Origin: an uncultured Eubacteriales bacterium
GTDB taxonomy: Bacteria > Bacillota > Clostridia > Oscillospirales > CAG-272
Reading direction: 5' to 3'
NCBI GenBank assembly: GCA_934402395.1
Contig: CAKRTQ010000006.1
Coordinates: forward strand, 16,964 to 80,963
Length of the DNA: 64,000 nucleotides
Position 1 is the first letter of the stretch. Each line of letters starts with the position of its first letter. The notes under the pieces are model-generated. The model worked only from the letters and a program-made list of their open reading frames with translations, was not told the origin of the DNA and ran no database searches. Shown here in pieces: positions 44,289-53,374 of this stretch. Both the position numbers and the translations under genes were made by a program.

Positions 44289-46667
44289 TTATTTTTCCCA
44301 CGCAACGCCGTTGCCGTCGGTCGCCGACGGCTGACTGCCGGAGGCGATCTCAGCCGATGTACTGCCGAGCAGCACGACAAGTGCATTCATTGCCGACGGT
44401 ATTTTTACCGAAACTATGCCCGACACGCCGAGATACGAGCCTGCCGCAAGATTGAGCATTGCTTTTTTGCCGACCGATGAGAAATTCCGGCACATGGTCG
44501 ATTCGTTGCCCATGCCGCCAGAAAGTCCTATGCCGACAACATAACCGCCGGTGTAGCTGTACCCGCGTTCGGTGTCAATAGAGGAATCCGCTCTGCCGGT
44601 CGAAATTATTACAGAGTGCCCGCCCGCAAACAGGATGCCGCCGTATTGCGTTCTGCTGTTTGAATCAACGCCGTCGCCGCCCGCGAGCACATAAAGCGTG
44701 CCGCCGGATACCGTTATCCCGGTGCCCTCGGTCGCTGTGGCGTTCAGCCCGTCATCGGAGGATATCACCGACACGCTTCCGCCCGATATTTCGACCGTGT
44801 TGCCCTCAATGCCCTCGTAGCTATGGAGGACCGTCACGCTGCCGCCGCCGATAAATACTTTTCCGTCGGCGTGCACCGCATCATCGTTCGATGAGAGCGT
44901 AAGAGTACCGCCGGTGACGGTCACGTTCCCGCTCGGCATCGCGCTGCTCTCTAGCGTGCCGTCATTGTTGGCGTGTATCGCGTCATCATAAGCATTTATC
45001 GTTATAACGCCGCCGCTTATCACTATTTCGTTGCCGGCTTTTATGCCTTTGGTCGAATGATCTCCCTTGTCGCTGTTCCCATCGTTCATGCCGCCGGGAC
45101 CGCCGGGCCTTCCGCCCATACCGCCGGGACCCGCTGCTGCGGTGGAGTAGTTCGTCCAATCAAAGCCGCGACCGGAAAAAGCTATCGTATCATAGCTTGC
45201 GTTGGGCGTCATCTGCCCCGACGAGCGGTAATATGCCGACGACTGCCCCTGCTCCTGCCCGGCACGGTAAGCGTAAACGTCCATATAGTCATAGCCAGCT
45301 GCGCGTTCAACGGTGTAATAGCAGTAGGTCTGTCTGCCAAAGCTTACTTTTTCGTACTTTCCGTCGGTGTTCACCCACACGCCCTCTCCGTCACTATTGT
45401 AATAATGCACCGAAAAGCTGTATTCGGCAGATGCGGATCTGATATAATAAGTGTCACCGGCTACCGCCGTGACCTCCTCGGAGTAATCGGAATACTTATC
45501 GGTGTAAATATTCAGCGTACCGTCGGCTATGACGACGTCGCACGCCGCGTCGATACCATCACAGGCGGCATAGATGTTGACAATGCCGCTTTCTATCGAA
45601 ACGCTCCCCTTTTGCTTGCCCTTCTTTGAAAGAGAGGTGTCAGATGTCTTTATCCCATCGCCCCGGCGGGATATGAGTGTTATATCACCCGACGAGACCG
45701 TAACGCCGTCATTGCCCTTCAGAGCATTATCGACCGCGCTAACATAAAGCGTCAGCTTCTGCACCGCAAGATCATCCTTGGTGTGGATGCCGTTGTTGTT
45801 CGCGGATATCACGCGCAGTATGCCCGCGCCCTTCAACTTGAGGTCGCACTCGGAATACACCGCCGACTTCATCTCGCCGGCAGCCGCGCGATCGTCGTAA
45901 ATATTGTTCTCGGTACCCTTTTTGGCGGAAATATCGGCGTTTGCCGCGCTTTTTACATACAGCGGACACGCCGCCGAGCCGCCGAGCGTGAATCCCGCAA
46001 ATTCTACCGTGATATCATTTTCCTCCCCCGCGTCAAAGACGAGCGAGCCGTAATAGCTGCCCGAGAGCGTCCATGTGAGCTCCTCCGCCGTCTTTGCCGC
46101 CGCCGTAAAGGTAAGCGCACCGCTCGCGCCGTCAATGCTGTATGCGGTCCCCGCGGGCAGTGCGATATCCGCCGCATATACCTTATCGCCTTCCGGATGC
46201 ACAACGTGAAGCACACCGCCCTCCTCGGTCGCATCATACGAAAGCCCGCTCTCGCTCACAGTCCATGCAATGACCACCGTATCGACCGTGCCGTCAGCCC
46301 ACGCATACTTTTCGGTATTGCGCAGCGTCACAGCCGCTGTGTAGCCGCCGACGGCTGTCGCGCGGTTGCCCGTTATCTCCATGAGTGATGGATCAAAGCC
46401 GTCGGGGATAAATTCAAGCTCGCCGCCGGTATATTTCAGTGCGGCGGAGGCTGCCGATGGCTTTGCGAGCGCCACTCTGCCGCTCATATCGACTGTTTCG
46501 GGCACCGTTGTCTCCGGCATCCACGGCGCCGTGGCAGCGTCGTTGCCGGTCTGATTTGTCCGGCTGTCGGTAACGTCACCCGCTCCATGCCTGCCGCAAG
46601 CGGCAAGCGATGCCGCCAATGTCAGCGCACAAATGAATGCCGCGCCCCTTTTCACTTTACAGCTCAT
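44289..46667 (-). CDS. lipoprotein with carbohydrate-binding parallel beta-helix repeats (Cthe_2159/PF14262-like)
   Basis: Lipobox FICALTLAASLAAC. There are repeated G-D-G-I/D-x motifs (RRGDGIKTSD, ACDGIDAACDVVIADGTLNIY, DDAIHANNDGTL, NDDAVHADGKVFIGGGSVTV, SDDGLNAT, GGDGVDSN). Confidence 0.75.
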   Translation of the reverse strand: MSCKVKRGAAFICALTLAASLAACGRHGAGDVTDSRTNQTGNDAATAPWMPETTVPETVDMSGRVALAKPSAASAALKYTGGELEFIPDGFDPSLMEITGNRATAVGGYTAAVTLRNTEKYAWADGTVDTVVIAWTVSESGLSYDATEEGGVLHVVHPEGDKVYAADIALPAGTAYSIDGASGALTFTAAAKTAEELTWTLSGSYYGSLVFDAGEENDITVEFAGFTLGGSAACPLYVKSAANADISAKKGTENNIYDDRAAAGEMKSAVYSECDLKLKGAGILRVISANNNGIHTKDDLAVQKLTLYVSAVDNALKGNDGVTVSSGDITLISRRGDGIKTSDTSLSKKGKQKGSVSIESGIVNIYAACDGIDAACDVVIADGTLNIYTDKYSDYSEEVTAVAGDTYYIRSASAEYSFSVHYYNSDGEGVWVNTDGKYEKVSFGRQTYCYYTVERAAGYDYMDVYAYRAGQEQGQSSAYYRSSGQMTPNASYDTIAFSGRGFDWTNYSTAAAGPGGMGGRPGGPGGMNDGNSDKGDHSTKGIKAGNEIVISGGVITINAYDDAIHANNDGTLESSAMPSGNVTVTGGTLTLSSNDDAVHADGKVFIGGGSVTVLHSYEGIEGNTVEISGGSVSVISSDDGLNATATEGTGITVSGGTLYVLAGGDGVDSNSRTQYGGILFAGGHSVIISTGRADSSIDTERGYSYTGGYVVGIGLSGGMGNESTMCRNFSSVGKKAMLNLAAGSYLGVSGIVSVKIPSAMNALVVLLGSTSAEIASGSQPSATDGNGVAWEK

Positions 46668-47343
46668 CTTTTTCGTCCTCCTTCAATAATAATATCTCAA
46701 GATTTCCGTTTTTTACGCGCAGACTGTCGATGAATTCCTTCTCCGCCGCCCCCGCCTTCATGCCGATACGGTAGGTCAGTTTAAAAAGGCTGCCCATATT
46801 GGATGTCTTCACCGAAAGCGGCTCGCACACATCGGTGTATATGCCGAAGATACCGTCAAACGCACCGGTGTAATCGATATCCTCGGGCACCGTCATTTTA
46901 AGTATGCGTGTACGGCTGCTTTTTTGCCTTTTTGCAGCGATAAGATTGCATATCATCACGACCGCGCACATTATCGCGGTGAAAAGCACCGCATATGCAA
47001 GATATCCCACTCCCGCAACAAGCCCCGAGCACATCGCCATAAAGATCATGCTGATTTCCTTGGCATTGCCCTGTGCCGATCGGAAGCGAACGAGCGAAAA
47101 CGCTCCCGCTGTCGCCACACCGACGCCGATATTGCCGTTGACCATCATTATCACTACGGCGACCACCGCAGGAAGCATAATGAGCGCCGTGCGAAAGCTG
47201 CCGCTTGCGCGGTTTTTGAAGGAATAAGCCCCGAAATACATGAGTCCGGTCAGAAGCGCGGCTCCGACACACAAAAGAAAGTTTCGTACAAGAACGGTCG
47301 ATCCCGCTCCATCGGTAAAAATACCGGCAAACAGATCAGGCAT
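46657..47343 (-). CDS. DUF4956-family membrane protein (4 TM plus cytoplasmic C-domain)
   Basis: Track ORF 46657..47376. The start is probably ATG 47343 (or 47352), overlapping the VTC stop. Motif AFSLVRFRSAQGNAKEISMIFMAMCSGLVAGVG. Confidence 0.75.
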   Translation of the reverse strand: MPDLFAGIFTDGAGSTVLVRNFLLCVGAALLTGLMYFGAYSFKNRASGSFRTALIMLPAVVAVVIMMVNGNIGVGVATAGAFSLVRFRSAQGNAKEISMIFMAMCSGLVAGVGYLAYAVLFTAIMCAVVMICNLIAAKRQKSSRTRILKMTVPEDIDYTGAFDGIFGIYTDVCEPLSVKTSNMGSLFKLTYRIGMKAGAAEKEFIDSLRVKNGNLEILLLKEDEKDEL

Positions 47344-48055
47344 AAATATCATATCTCCTTGAATTTTTATTTTCACATTTCAGCGCATCGATGTACGCCA
47401 TACCGTACTTTGAAAAGGATGTGGGATATATCTTCTCACGCGCAAGCGCCGCCGAGAGCCAAAGCGGAACAGCCCTCGCTATCTTAAGCTCCATAAGCAC
47501 CGTCCCCGGCGCAAGTATCGGACTTCCGTACACTCCCGCCACAAGCCCGACATCCTCTGCGCGCCACAGTATGTCGGTATCGAAGGTGATCCTCAGGTCG
47601 CGGTCGTCGGCTCCGAAAAACGCCTCCCGCGCATATGAAATGAACATTGCGGGATAAAGCGTGCCGTAAAATTCCATGAAATACGCGATCTCACGCGTTA
47701 TCTGCGAATACGGCAGCGGCTGTTCGATAAACTTCATGGCGGCATCATATGTCATATCCGCGCGCCGCTTGTAGACCACCGAGTCGTATTTCTTTTTAAG
47801 CTCAAGAAAAACCTTTGTGTCCCCGCGCGGCGTACCGTAGCTGCGCAGCCGCATTTTTTCCTTATACGGCGGCTTTTCGAGCGAGCGGCGGATTATCCTG
47901 TGATCCGGTGTATCGTAATAAACATTGCATATCGTGCTTCTGCCGTACTCATCGCCTACCGTTCTTCCCTCCATCGCGCGCCGCACCGCCGCATACTGCC
48001 GCCCGTCGAGCAGATATTTTATCTCATACCGTTTGAACTGATTCTGGATCTTCAC
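47336..48055 (-). CDS. VTC-domain (polyphosphate-polymerase-like, triphosphate tunnel fold) protein
   Basis: MKIQNQFKRYEIKYLLDGRQYAAVRRAMEGRTVGDEYGRSTICNVYYDTPDHRIIRRSLEKPPYKEKMRLRSYG and MELKIARAVPLWLS match my recollection of PF09359 bacterial members. Confidence 0.75.
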   Translation of the reverse strand: MKIQNQFKRYEIKYLLDGRQYAAVRRAMEGRTVGDEYGRSTICNVYYDTPDHRIIRRSLEKPPYKEKMRLRSYGTPRGDTKVFLELKKKYDSVVYKRRADMTYDAAMKFIEQPLPYSQITREIAYFMEFYGTLYPAMFISYAREAFFGADDRDLRITFDTDILWRAEDVGLVAGVYGSPILAPGTVLMELKIARAVPLWLSAALAREKIYPTSFSKYGMAYIDALKCENKNSRRYDIYA

Positions 48056-48157
48056 CGTTATCCCCTCCCCTGTGACTGTATTATAAGCCCGAAAGCTAAA
48101 ACGGAATTAAAAAAACGACCTTTCCGAAAAAAGATCGTTTTTAATTTTTATGTTTTG

Positions 48158-49432
48158 TCAGAGCGTGACTGTAAACACCGCTGTTTTTCCGTCCGGTGAC
48201 GCGGCGTTTATCCTTCCGCGGTGAGCCGTCACTATCGACCGCGCCACCGAAAGACCTATTCCGTGCCCCCCCGTTTCGCTGTTGCGCGAACCGTCAAGGC
48301 GGTAAAACCGCTCAAACAGCATATCAAGGTCGCCGCGCGGCAGTCCGTCGGCTGTATTCGTGACTGTGATCCTTTTGTTTTTTCCCGCATTCTTCACCGA
48401 CAAAAACACATCGCTGCCGTCCGGAGAATATTTGAACGCATTATCAAGTAGGATCCCGAAAAGCTCACTTATCATTTTCATGTCGCCGCAATATGAAATG
48501 TTTTTGTCGATATCGCAGGTAAAGCGTTTCCCGCGTGATGCCGCAAGTGCGAAATACGGCCGCGCCGATGCTTCTGCGACCTCGGAAAGCGAAAAGTCCG
48601 TATTTACAGCGTGTCCCGCACCTTCATCAGCCTTTGCAAGGAACACCAGGCGGTTCGTAAGCTCGGTAAGCCTGCCTACCTGATCCTTTATCGTGTCCGT
48701 CCACTCGTTTTCTCCGCCGTTGTATTCAAGTATCTCGCAGGCGGCTCCGATAACGGTAAGCGGCGTTTTCAGCTCGTGACTCGCATCTGTCACAAAACGG
48801 CGCTGCTTTGCATACATCTCAGAAAACGGTTTCATTATCACACCGGAAAAAATGACCACCAGCACAAAAACGACCAGAAAACCCGCAACACTTATAATAC
48901 AGCTCGTAAGCAAGAACTGGCGAAAGGTCTCAAGACTGCGCCTGCAATCAAGGAAAATATACATTTTGCCGCCATCGGCTGTGTCCGATGCGAGATAGCG
49001 GTAATTATCAAGAAATCCCGCCGCTTTTCCCTCACCGTACAGCCCCGTTGCATATTTTTCCGCATCGGCGGAGGATACGGCTGCGATCTTATCGGTGTCG
49101 GCAGCCGATACGCTCCCGTCAGACGAAAATCTGACTGTGAAGAAACGTGTCTCAAACGGTGTTTCCGGCGACATTCCGGGCGGAATATCGCCTCGCATAT
49201 CATCTTTTTTTACGTTGCCGCCGTCCGTCGGCGGCTGCTCGCCGCGCGGCGGGTCGGAGCGTCTGACGGGAAACTTTCCGTCATTGCGCGCAAGCAGCTT
49301 CAGCATACTGTCCGCATTGTCGCGCATTACGGTATAATTTCGGATATTTATAAATCCTATTATCGACACAAGAACTATCGCCGTGGCGCACATGGCAGCC
49401 GCAATAAATTTTATCCGCAGTTTTTTAAGCAT
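48158..49432 (-). CDS. sensor histidine kinase (two TM, HisKA, HATPase_c)
   Basis: Track ORF 48158..49450, refined to ATG 49432, which overlaps the response-regulator stop by 8 nt. H-box FVTDASHELKTPLT, N-box LLDNAFKYS, G-boxes GGHGIGLSVA. Confidence 0.9.
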   Translation of the reverse strand: MLKKLRIKFIAAAMCATAIVLVSIIGFINIRNYTVMRDNADSMLKLLARNDGKFPVRRSDPPRGEQPPTDGGNVKKDDMRGDIPPGMSPETPFETRFFTVRFSSDGSVSAADTDKIAAVSSADAEKYATGLYGEGKAAGFLDNYRYLASDTADGGKMYIFLDCRRSLETFRQFLLTSCIISVAGFLVVFVLVVIFSGVIMKPFSEMYAKQRRFVTDASHELKTPLTVIGAACEILEYNGGENEWTDTIKDQVGRLTELTNRLVFLAKADEGAGHAVNTDFSLSEVAEASARPYFALAASRGKRFTCDIDKNISYCGDMKMISELFGILLDNAFKYSPDGSDVFLSVKNAGKNKRITVTNTADGLPRGDLDMLFERFYRLDGSRNSETGGHGIGLSVARSIVTAHRGRINAASPDGKTAVFTVTL

Positions 49433-50102
49433 CGCCGCACTCCAATGCATATCCTATATTTCGGACAGCCTTTATCGAAACGCGTGAGCCGAGCAGTTTC
49501 AGCTTCTTGCGGAGATACGAGATATATGTCCACACCACATTGATCTCCGCCTCGCTATCGATCCCCCAGATGCGCTCCATCAGCCGCTCCGCCGAAATGA
49601 TCTGAGACGGATTTTTCATCAGCAGCTCCATTATCTGAAATTCCTTTGCCGTGAGCGCAAGCTTCCCGCCCGCTGCCGACAGCTCAAAGCTTGCCCGGTC
49701 AAGTCGCACATCTCCGTATACGAGCGAATTGTCCCCCTCGCCGCCCTGTCTGCGCGTTATGGCGCGCAGGCGCGCCAAAAGCTCCTTCGTAACGAACGGC
49801 TTTGTAAGATAATCATCCGCGCCGCAGTCAAGCCCGGCGACCTTGTCGTCCACATCGCTTTTGGCGGTAAGCAGCAGCACCGGGACCTTGTTGCCCGCCG
49901 CACGTATCGTCCTGAGAACTTCTATTCCATCGACCTTCGGCATCATTATGTCAAGTATCACGCCGTCATATGTTCCGCACGCGAGATAATCAAGCGCGTC
50001 GGCGCCGTTGTAAACTGCGTCCACCGTGTAGTTGTTGTGCTTCAATATCGTAACGAGCACATTTGAAAGCGCCCTCTCGTCCTCTGCCAGTAAAAGCTTC
50101 AC
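49425..50102 (-). CDS. OmpR-family response regulator
   Basis: Track ORF 49425..50135, refined to GTG 50102 (GGAGGTG SD 6 nt upstream; VKLLLAEDE). Receiver Asp in VILDIMMPKVDG. Winged-helix C-terminus (VWTYISYLRKKL...IKAVRNIGY). Confidence 0.92.
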   Translation of the reverse strand: MKLLLAEDERALSNVLVTILKHNNYTVDAVYNGADALDYLACGTYDGVILDIMMPKVDGIEVLRTIRAAGNKVPVLLLTAKSDVDDKVAGLDCGADDYLTKPFVTKELLARLRAITRRQGGEGDNSLVYGDVRLDRASFELSAAGGKLALTAKEFQIMELLMKNPSQIISAERLMERIWGIDSEAEINVVWTYISYLRKKLKLLGSRVSIKAVRNIGYALECGDA

Positions 50103-50163
50103 CTGTTTCACCTCCGCCGATACTATAACGTACAAACCTTAAATCCGGCTTAAATCCGTAAAT

Positions 50164-50192
50164 ATTATATCACATATACGGCGTGTAAGCAA
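50164..50192 (-). promoter_or_regulatory. promoter of the TCS/VTC operon (TTGCTT-17-TGaTATAAT)
   Basis: Read on the minus strand: -10 at 50169-50164 and -35 at 50192-50187, about 55 nt upstream of GTG 50102. Confidence 0.55.
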
Positions 50193-50201
50193 TAAAAAAA
50201 C

Positions 50202-50230
50202 CTGACACGCTGCGCCGTTTATGATATAAT
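50202..50230 (+). promoter_or_regulatory. divergent plus-strand promoter (CTGACA-17-TGaTATAAT) with no protein gene downstream
   Basis: -35 at 50202-50207, a 17-nt spacer, and -10 at 50225-50230 preceded by TG at 50222-50223. Confidence 0.5.
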
Positions 50231-50235
50231 CGGCA

Positions 50236-50331
50236 GGTAAATAATATTCTCCCACCGGGGAGAAATGCAAAAAGCATCCGCCGCACATCGTTAGGTCTTT
50301 GAAGATGTGCCGACGGGTGCTTTGTTTTTTT
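50236..50331 (+). ncRNA. candidate ~95-nt small RNA (promoter-to-terminator unit)
   Basis: Starts about 6-8 nt after the -10 at 50225-50230. It contains a 7-bp hairpin TTCTCCC-accg-GGGAGAA (50247-50264). A ~15-bp interrupted hairpin at 50274-50320 is followed by TTTGTTTTTTT (50321-50331). All flanking protein genes are on the minus strand. Confidence 0.3.
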
Positions 50332-50364
50332 GGAGGTACAAATGATAAAAACAGCAAAACGTCG

Positions 50365-50405
50365 GGGGATGTTAAAAACCCACGAATGAGTTTTTTTACA
50401 TCCCC
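50365..50405. repeat. degenerate copy of the palindromic repeat (copy 4)
   Basis: GGGGATGTTAAAAACCCACGAATGAGTTTTTTTACATCCCC, 33 nt downstream of the glcK stop. Confidence 0.6.
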
Positions 50406-50437
50406 GTTGACATTATCGTTTTGGCTATTCGTCCGGT

Positions 50438-51394
50438 TCAGTGCAGCATGGCTGCACCGACTATCCCCGCGTCATTGCCGAGCTTCGCTATGCGGATCTC
50501 GGTCTCGGATACTATACCGCCGCCGTACTGCTCCTTGCGGACCATCGGGATCAGCGGCTCAAGCAGAAAATCGCCCTCGTTTGAAATACCGCCGCCGAGA
50601 GAGATGACCTCCGGCTGGAATATGTTCACTATGTTCACAAGCCCGCAGGCAAGATAGTAAACATACATTTTAAATACCTCTGCAGCCGCCTCGTCGCCCG
50701 CACGCATTGCATCGCAGGCTGTGCGCCCGGATATTTTGCCGCGCTCGCGCGCTATATCCTCGATAAGTGTCTTGCGTCCCTTGAGACGGCACTCTTCAAG
50801 CTTTTCACGGGTCATATTGATAAGCGCGGTCGCTGAGCTGTATGCCTCCCAACAACCGAGTCTGCCGCAGGAGCACTGTCTGCCGCCGGCAGCTATCACG
50901 ATATGTCCCAGCTCTGCGCCGGCATTGTTGAAGCCGGTCAGTATCTTATTGTCGATTATAACGCCGCCGCCGACACCGGTCCCGAGCGTTATCATCACAG
51001 AATCGGATGTTCCCTTAGCCGCGCCTGCGACCGCCTCGCCCCATGCCGCAGCGTTTGCATCGTTGGCAATATGTACATCGACCTTGCCGAGACGCTCACG
51101 GAGCAGCGCGGCAAGCGGAAACTGTCTGAAGGGCAGATTGTTGGCATACTCGATGCAGCCGTTGCGGTCATTGGCGATGCCCGGAGACGCTACGCCCACC
51201 GAGGCTATATCAGACATCGGAACGCCATGCTCCTCCGCAACGCGGCGGCAAAGCTCCGCCATATCGTCAACAATAAGCTCCGGGGCGCGTTTGGGAAGCG
51301 TCGGGGTGCTCTGCTTCGTGATGATATTCATTTTTTCGTCAACAAGTCCTACGGCAATGTTGGTTCCGCCGAGGTCGATTCCGATCCTGTACAT
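50438..51394 (-). CDS. glcK: ROK-family glucokinase
   Basis: MYRIGIDLGGTNIAVGLVDE, the ROK signature, and the zinc motif GHIVIAAGGRQCSCGRLGCWEAY. Confidence 0.9.
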   Translation of the reverse strand: MYRIGIDLGGTNIAVGLVDEKMNIITKQSTPTLPKRAPELIVDDMAELCRRVAEEHGVPMSDIASVGVASPGIANDRNGCIEYANNLPFRQFPLAALLRERLGKVDVHIANDANAAAWGEAVAGAAKGTSDSVMITLGTGVGGGVIIDNKILTGFNNAGAELGHIVIAAGGRQCSCGRLGCWEAYSSATALINMTREKLEECRLKGRKTLIEDIARERGKISGRTACDAMRAGDEAAAEVFKMYVYYLACGLVNIVNIFQPEVISLGGGISNEGDFLLEPLIPMVRKEQYGGGIVSETEIRIAKLGNDAGIVGAAMLH

Positions 51395-51565
51395 TTATTC
51401 CTCCCGCCGCAAAAGCGGCTGTTACTGATCTTAATGCGGTCAAAAGTATCCCGCCGATAATATTATACAGCATGAAAAACGCACTGTCAAGCACTCAAAG
51501 CTGTTTTTTTGCCGGTTCGCAACTGATTTTTTACATTTATCCGCAACCTGCGGTTGCGGATGTGG

Positions 51566-51601
51566 ATAAAAATGAACTGCCGCGCCAATGCGCGGCAGTT
51601 C
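51566..51601 (-). terminator. rho-independent terminator
   Basis: GAACTGCCGCGC-caat-GCGCGGCAGTTC (51574-51601) is followed on the minus strand by ATTTTTAT, 12 nt after the stop at 51613. Confidence 0.7.
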
Positions 51602-51612
51602 GGGGGATCTGA

Positions 51613-53328
51613 TTATTTCTCGCGTACAGCCTTGACCGTCACAGCGATGCCGAGCATGGCAACGACAGCTACGACAAGGATAATAACGGCGGTGTTGTCG
51701 CCGGTAACGGGAGAGGACGGCTCGGTCGTGGGAGCGTCCGTTGCGGGAGCATCGGTCACAGGCGCATCGGTCGTGGGAGCGTCTGTGGTGGGAGTCTCGT
51801 AAGTCTGGCTTACAACAAGGCCCTTGAAGACAGAGCAATCCTTGATGCTTATGCTTCTGTTCGCATTGTAAATGTAAAGGAATATGGCAAGATCGTCGGA
51901 ATCGAGATACTGCTCTGCGGTGAGCGGCACGGATTTGTAGAGAGTCATCTCGCCGTTCTTGTCGGCGTTGCCGAGGTATACGGACACAGCATATCCGTCT
52001 ATCTCGTATGCCATATCGGTGTATCCGTCGGCATCGATTGCGGGATTGAACTGATCGTAAGCCATATCATCGTATGCATATCCGGAGATCTCCGTACCGT
52101 GATTGGCAAACTTGAGCGCGCGTTTGACGTCCATATCGTTGAAGTTGCCGTAGAGATTGAAGCGGCTGCTGTTGGCAGTGTTTGTCGCATACGGCCAGTT
52201 TAGGTTGTATCCGAGAGAACCGCTGGTTGTTCCGGTAGTCTTGATCTTGAATTTCACCGTGTACTTTGTATCGGCGTTTATCTTAAGACCATGGATATTG
52301 CTTCCCCAGTATGTACCGCCCTTTTCCGCGCCCTTTGTAAGGGTTATGGTCCTTCCGTCGGCAGATACTTCCTTGGTGGTATCCTTGCTGTTTGCAATGC
52401 GTCTGAGAGTGAATACACCCTTTTCGGCGGCAAAGTTGACATCATACAGCTTTGCGCCGAGAGCGGCATCGTTATAGGAAACGAGCAGCTGATTGGATGC
52501 ATCGTTGCGGATGGTAGCAGCGCCGCTCTTTACGCCCTTGTAGATCTTTACGTTCTTGACATTGAGGTTGACATTCTTGTTGTAAACATAGAATGTGATA
52601 CCGAGGTCGTTTGCCTTGTCAAGCACTGTGGGGTTCAGAGTGACCTGATCATAGAATGCATCATTGAGATATACGGCGTAGAAATAACCGTCGATCTCAA
52701 CGCGTACCTTGCAGTATTCATCGCCGACACGGGCTGCGGCGGGAATCGCGGTATATACCGCGCCATCTGAGACAAACTCACCGGGGATCTTTGCGCCTGC
52801 GCCTGCCGAAAGAGTGAAGCAATCATCTTCGGTCTCGGTGCGGCCGTAAATACCATAAAGATTGGCATATGAGCCATCGGCTATCATTGCCTTGTTGCCG
52901 TCGGTGGAGTTGGCATCATAGGGGGCATAGGTTCCGAAGTTGAAGTAAAAGCCGCCGTTGCCGGAGGATGTGAGCGGGAACTTCATATCAAGCTCAATGG
53001 TGTACTTTTTGCCGGCACCAAGCTTGAGACCGTCCACCTTACCGCCGTAGAAAACTCTGCCGGCAGATGCGCCGCTCGCGGTGAGCGAAAGCTCGTTGCC
53101 GTCAGCGGAGTGGGTGACTACCAGCTCTTTGGCGTGAACTTCTTTGCCCGCGCCGAAAATAAAGGGCTGATACACACCGGATTTTTCACCGAATTTCACT
53201 TCGTAAAGCAGCTCGCCGTCTTTTGCGGCATCATAGCTCTTTACAAGCTCGTTTGCGGCGGAAACGGACATGCAGAGCATTGCACCGATCATCACAACGC
53301 AAAGGAGAACTGAGAGGATCTTCTTCAT
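51613..53328 (-). CDS. cell-wall-sorted surface protein, two tandem jelly-roll-like modules, PT-rich stalk, SPXTG sorting signal
   Basis: Track ORF 51613..53484, refined to ATG 53328 (AAAGGTGA SD; MKKILSVLLCVVMIGAMLCMSVSAANE). The C-terminus is TDAPTTDAPVTDAPATDAPTTEPSSPVTGDNTAVIILVVAVVAMLGIAVTVKAVREK: an SPVTG motif, then a hydrophobic helix and a basic tail. Confidence 0.8.
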   Translation of the reverse strand: MKKILSVLLCVVMIGAMLCMSVSAANELVKSYDAAKDGELLYEVKFGEKSGVYQPFIFGAGKEVHAKELVVTHSADGNELSLTASGASAGRVFYGGKVDGLKLGAGKKYTIELDMKFPLTSSGNGGFYFNFGTYAPYDANSTDGNKAMIADGSYANLYGIYGRTETEDDCFTLSAGAGAKIPGEFVSDGAVYTAIPAAARVGDEYCKVRVEIDGYFYAVYLNDAFYDQVTLNPTVLDKANDLGITFYVYNKNVNLNVKNVKIYKGVKSGAATIRNDASNQLLVSYNDAALGAKLYDVNFAAEKGVFTLRRIANSKDTTKEVSADGRTITLTKGAEKGGTYWGSNIHGLKINADTKYTVKFKIKTTGTTSGSLGYNLNWPYATNTANSSRFNLYGNFNDMDVKRALKFANHGTEISGYAYDDMAYDQFNPAIDADGYTDMAYEIDGYAVSVYLGNADKNGEMTLYKSVPLTAEQYLDSDDLAIFLYIYNANRSISIKDCSVFKGLVVSQTYETPTTDAPTTDAPVTDAPATDAPTTEPSSPVTGDNTAVIILVVAVVAMLGIAVTVKAVREK

Positions 53329-53374
53329 TATAATTTCACCTTTCTTTTTCGGTTTGCACCGATTTATGAGTACT

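Noticed and set aside
51650-51800. TDAPTTDAP / ETDKAPETDK-type short peptide repeats, as possible tandem-repeat loci.
   Set aside because: They are ordinary Pro/Thr-rich stalk linkers of surface proteins. They are noted within the gene descriptions and are not separate features.
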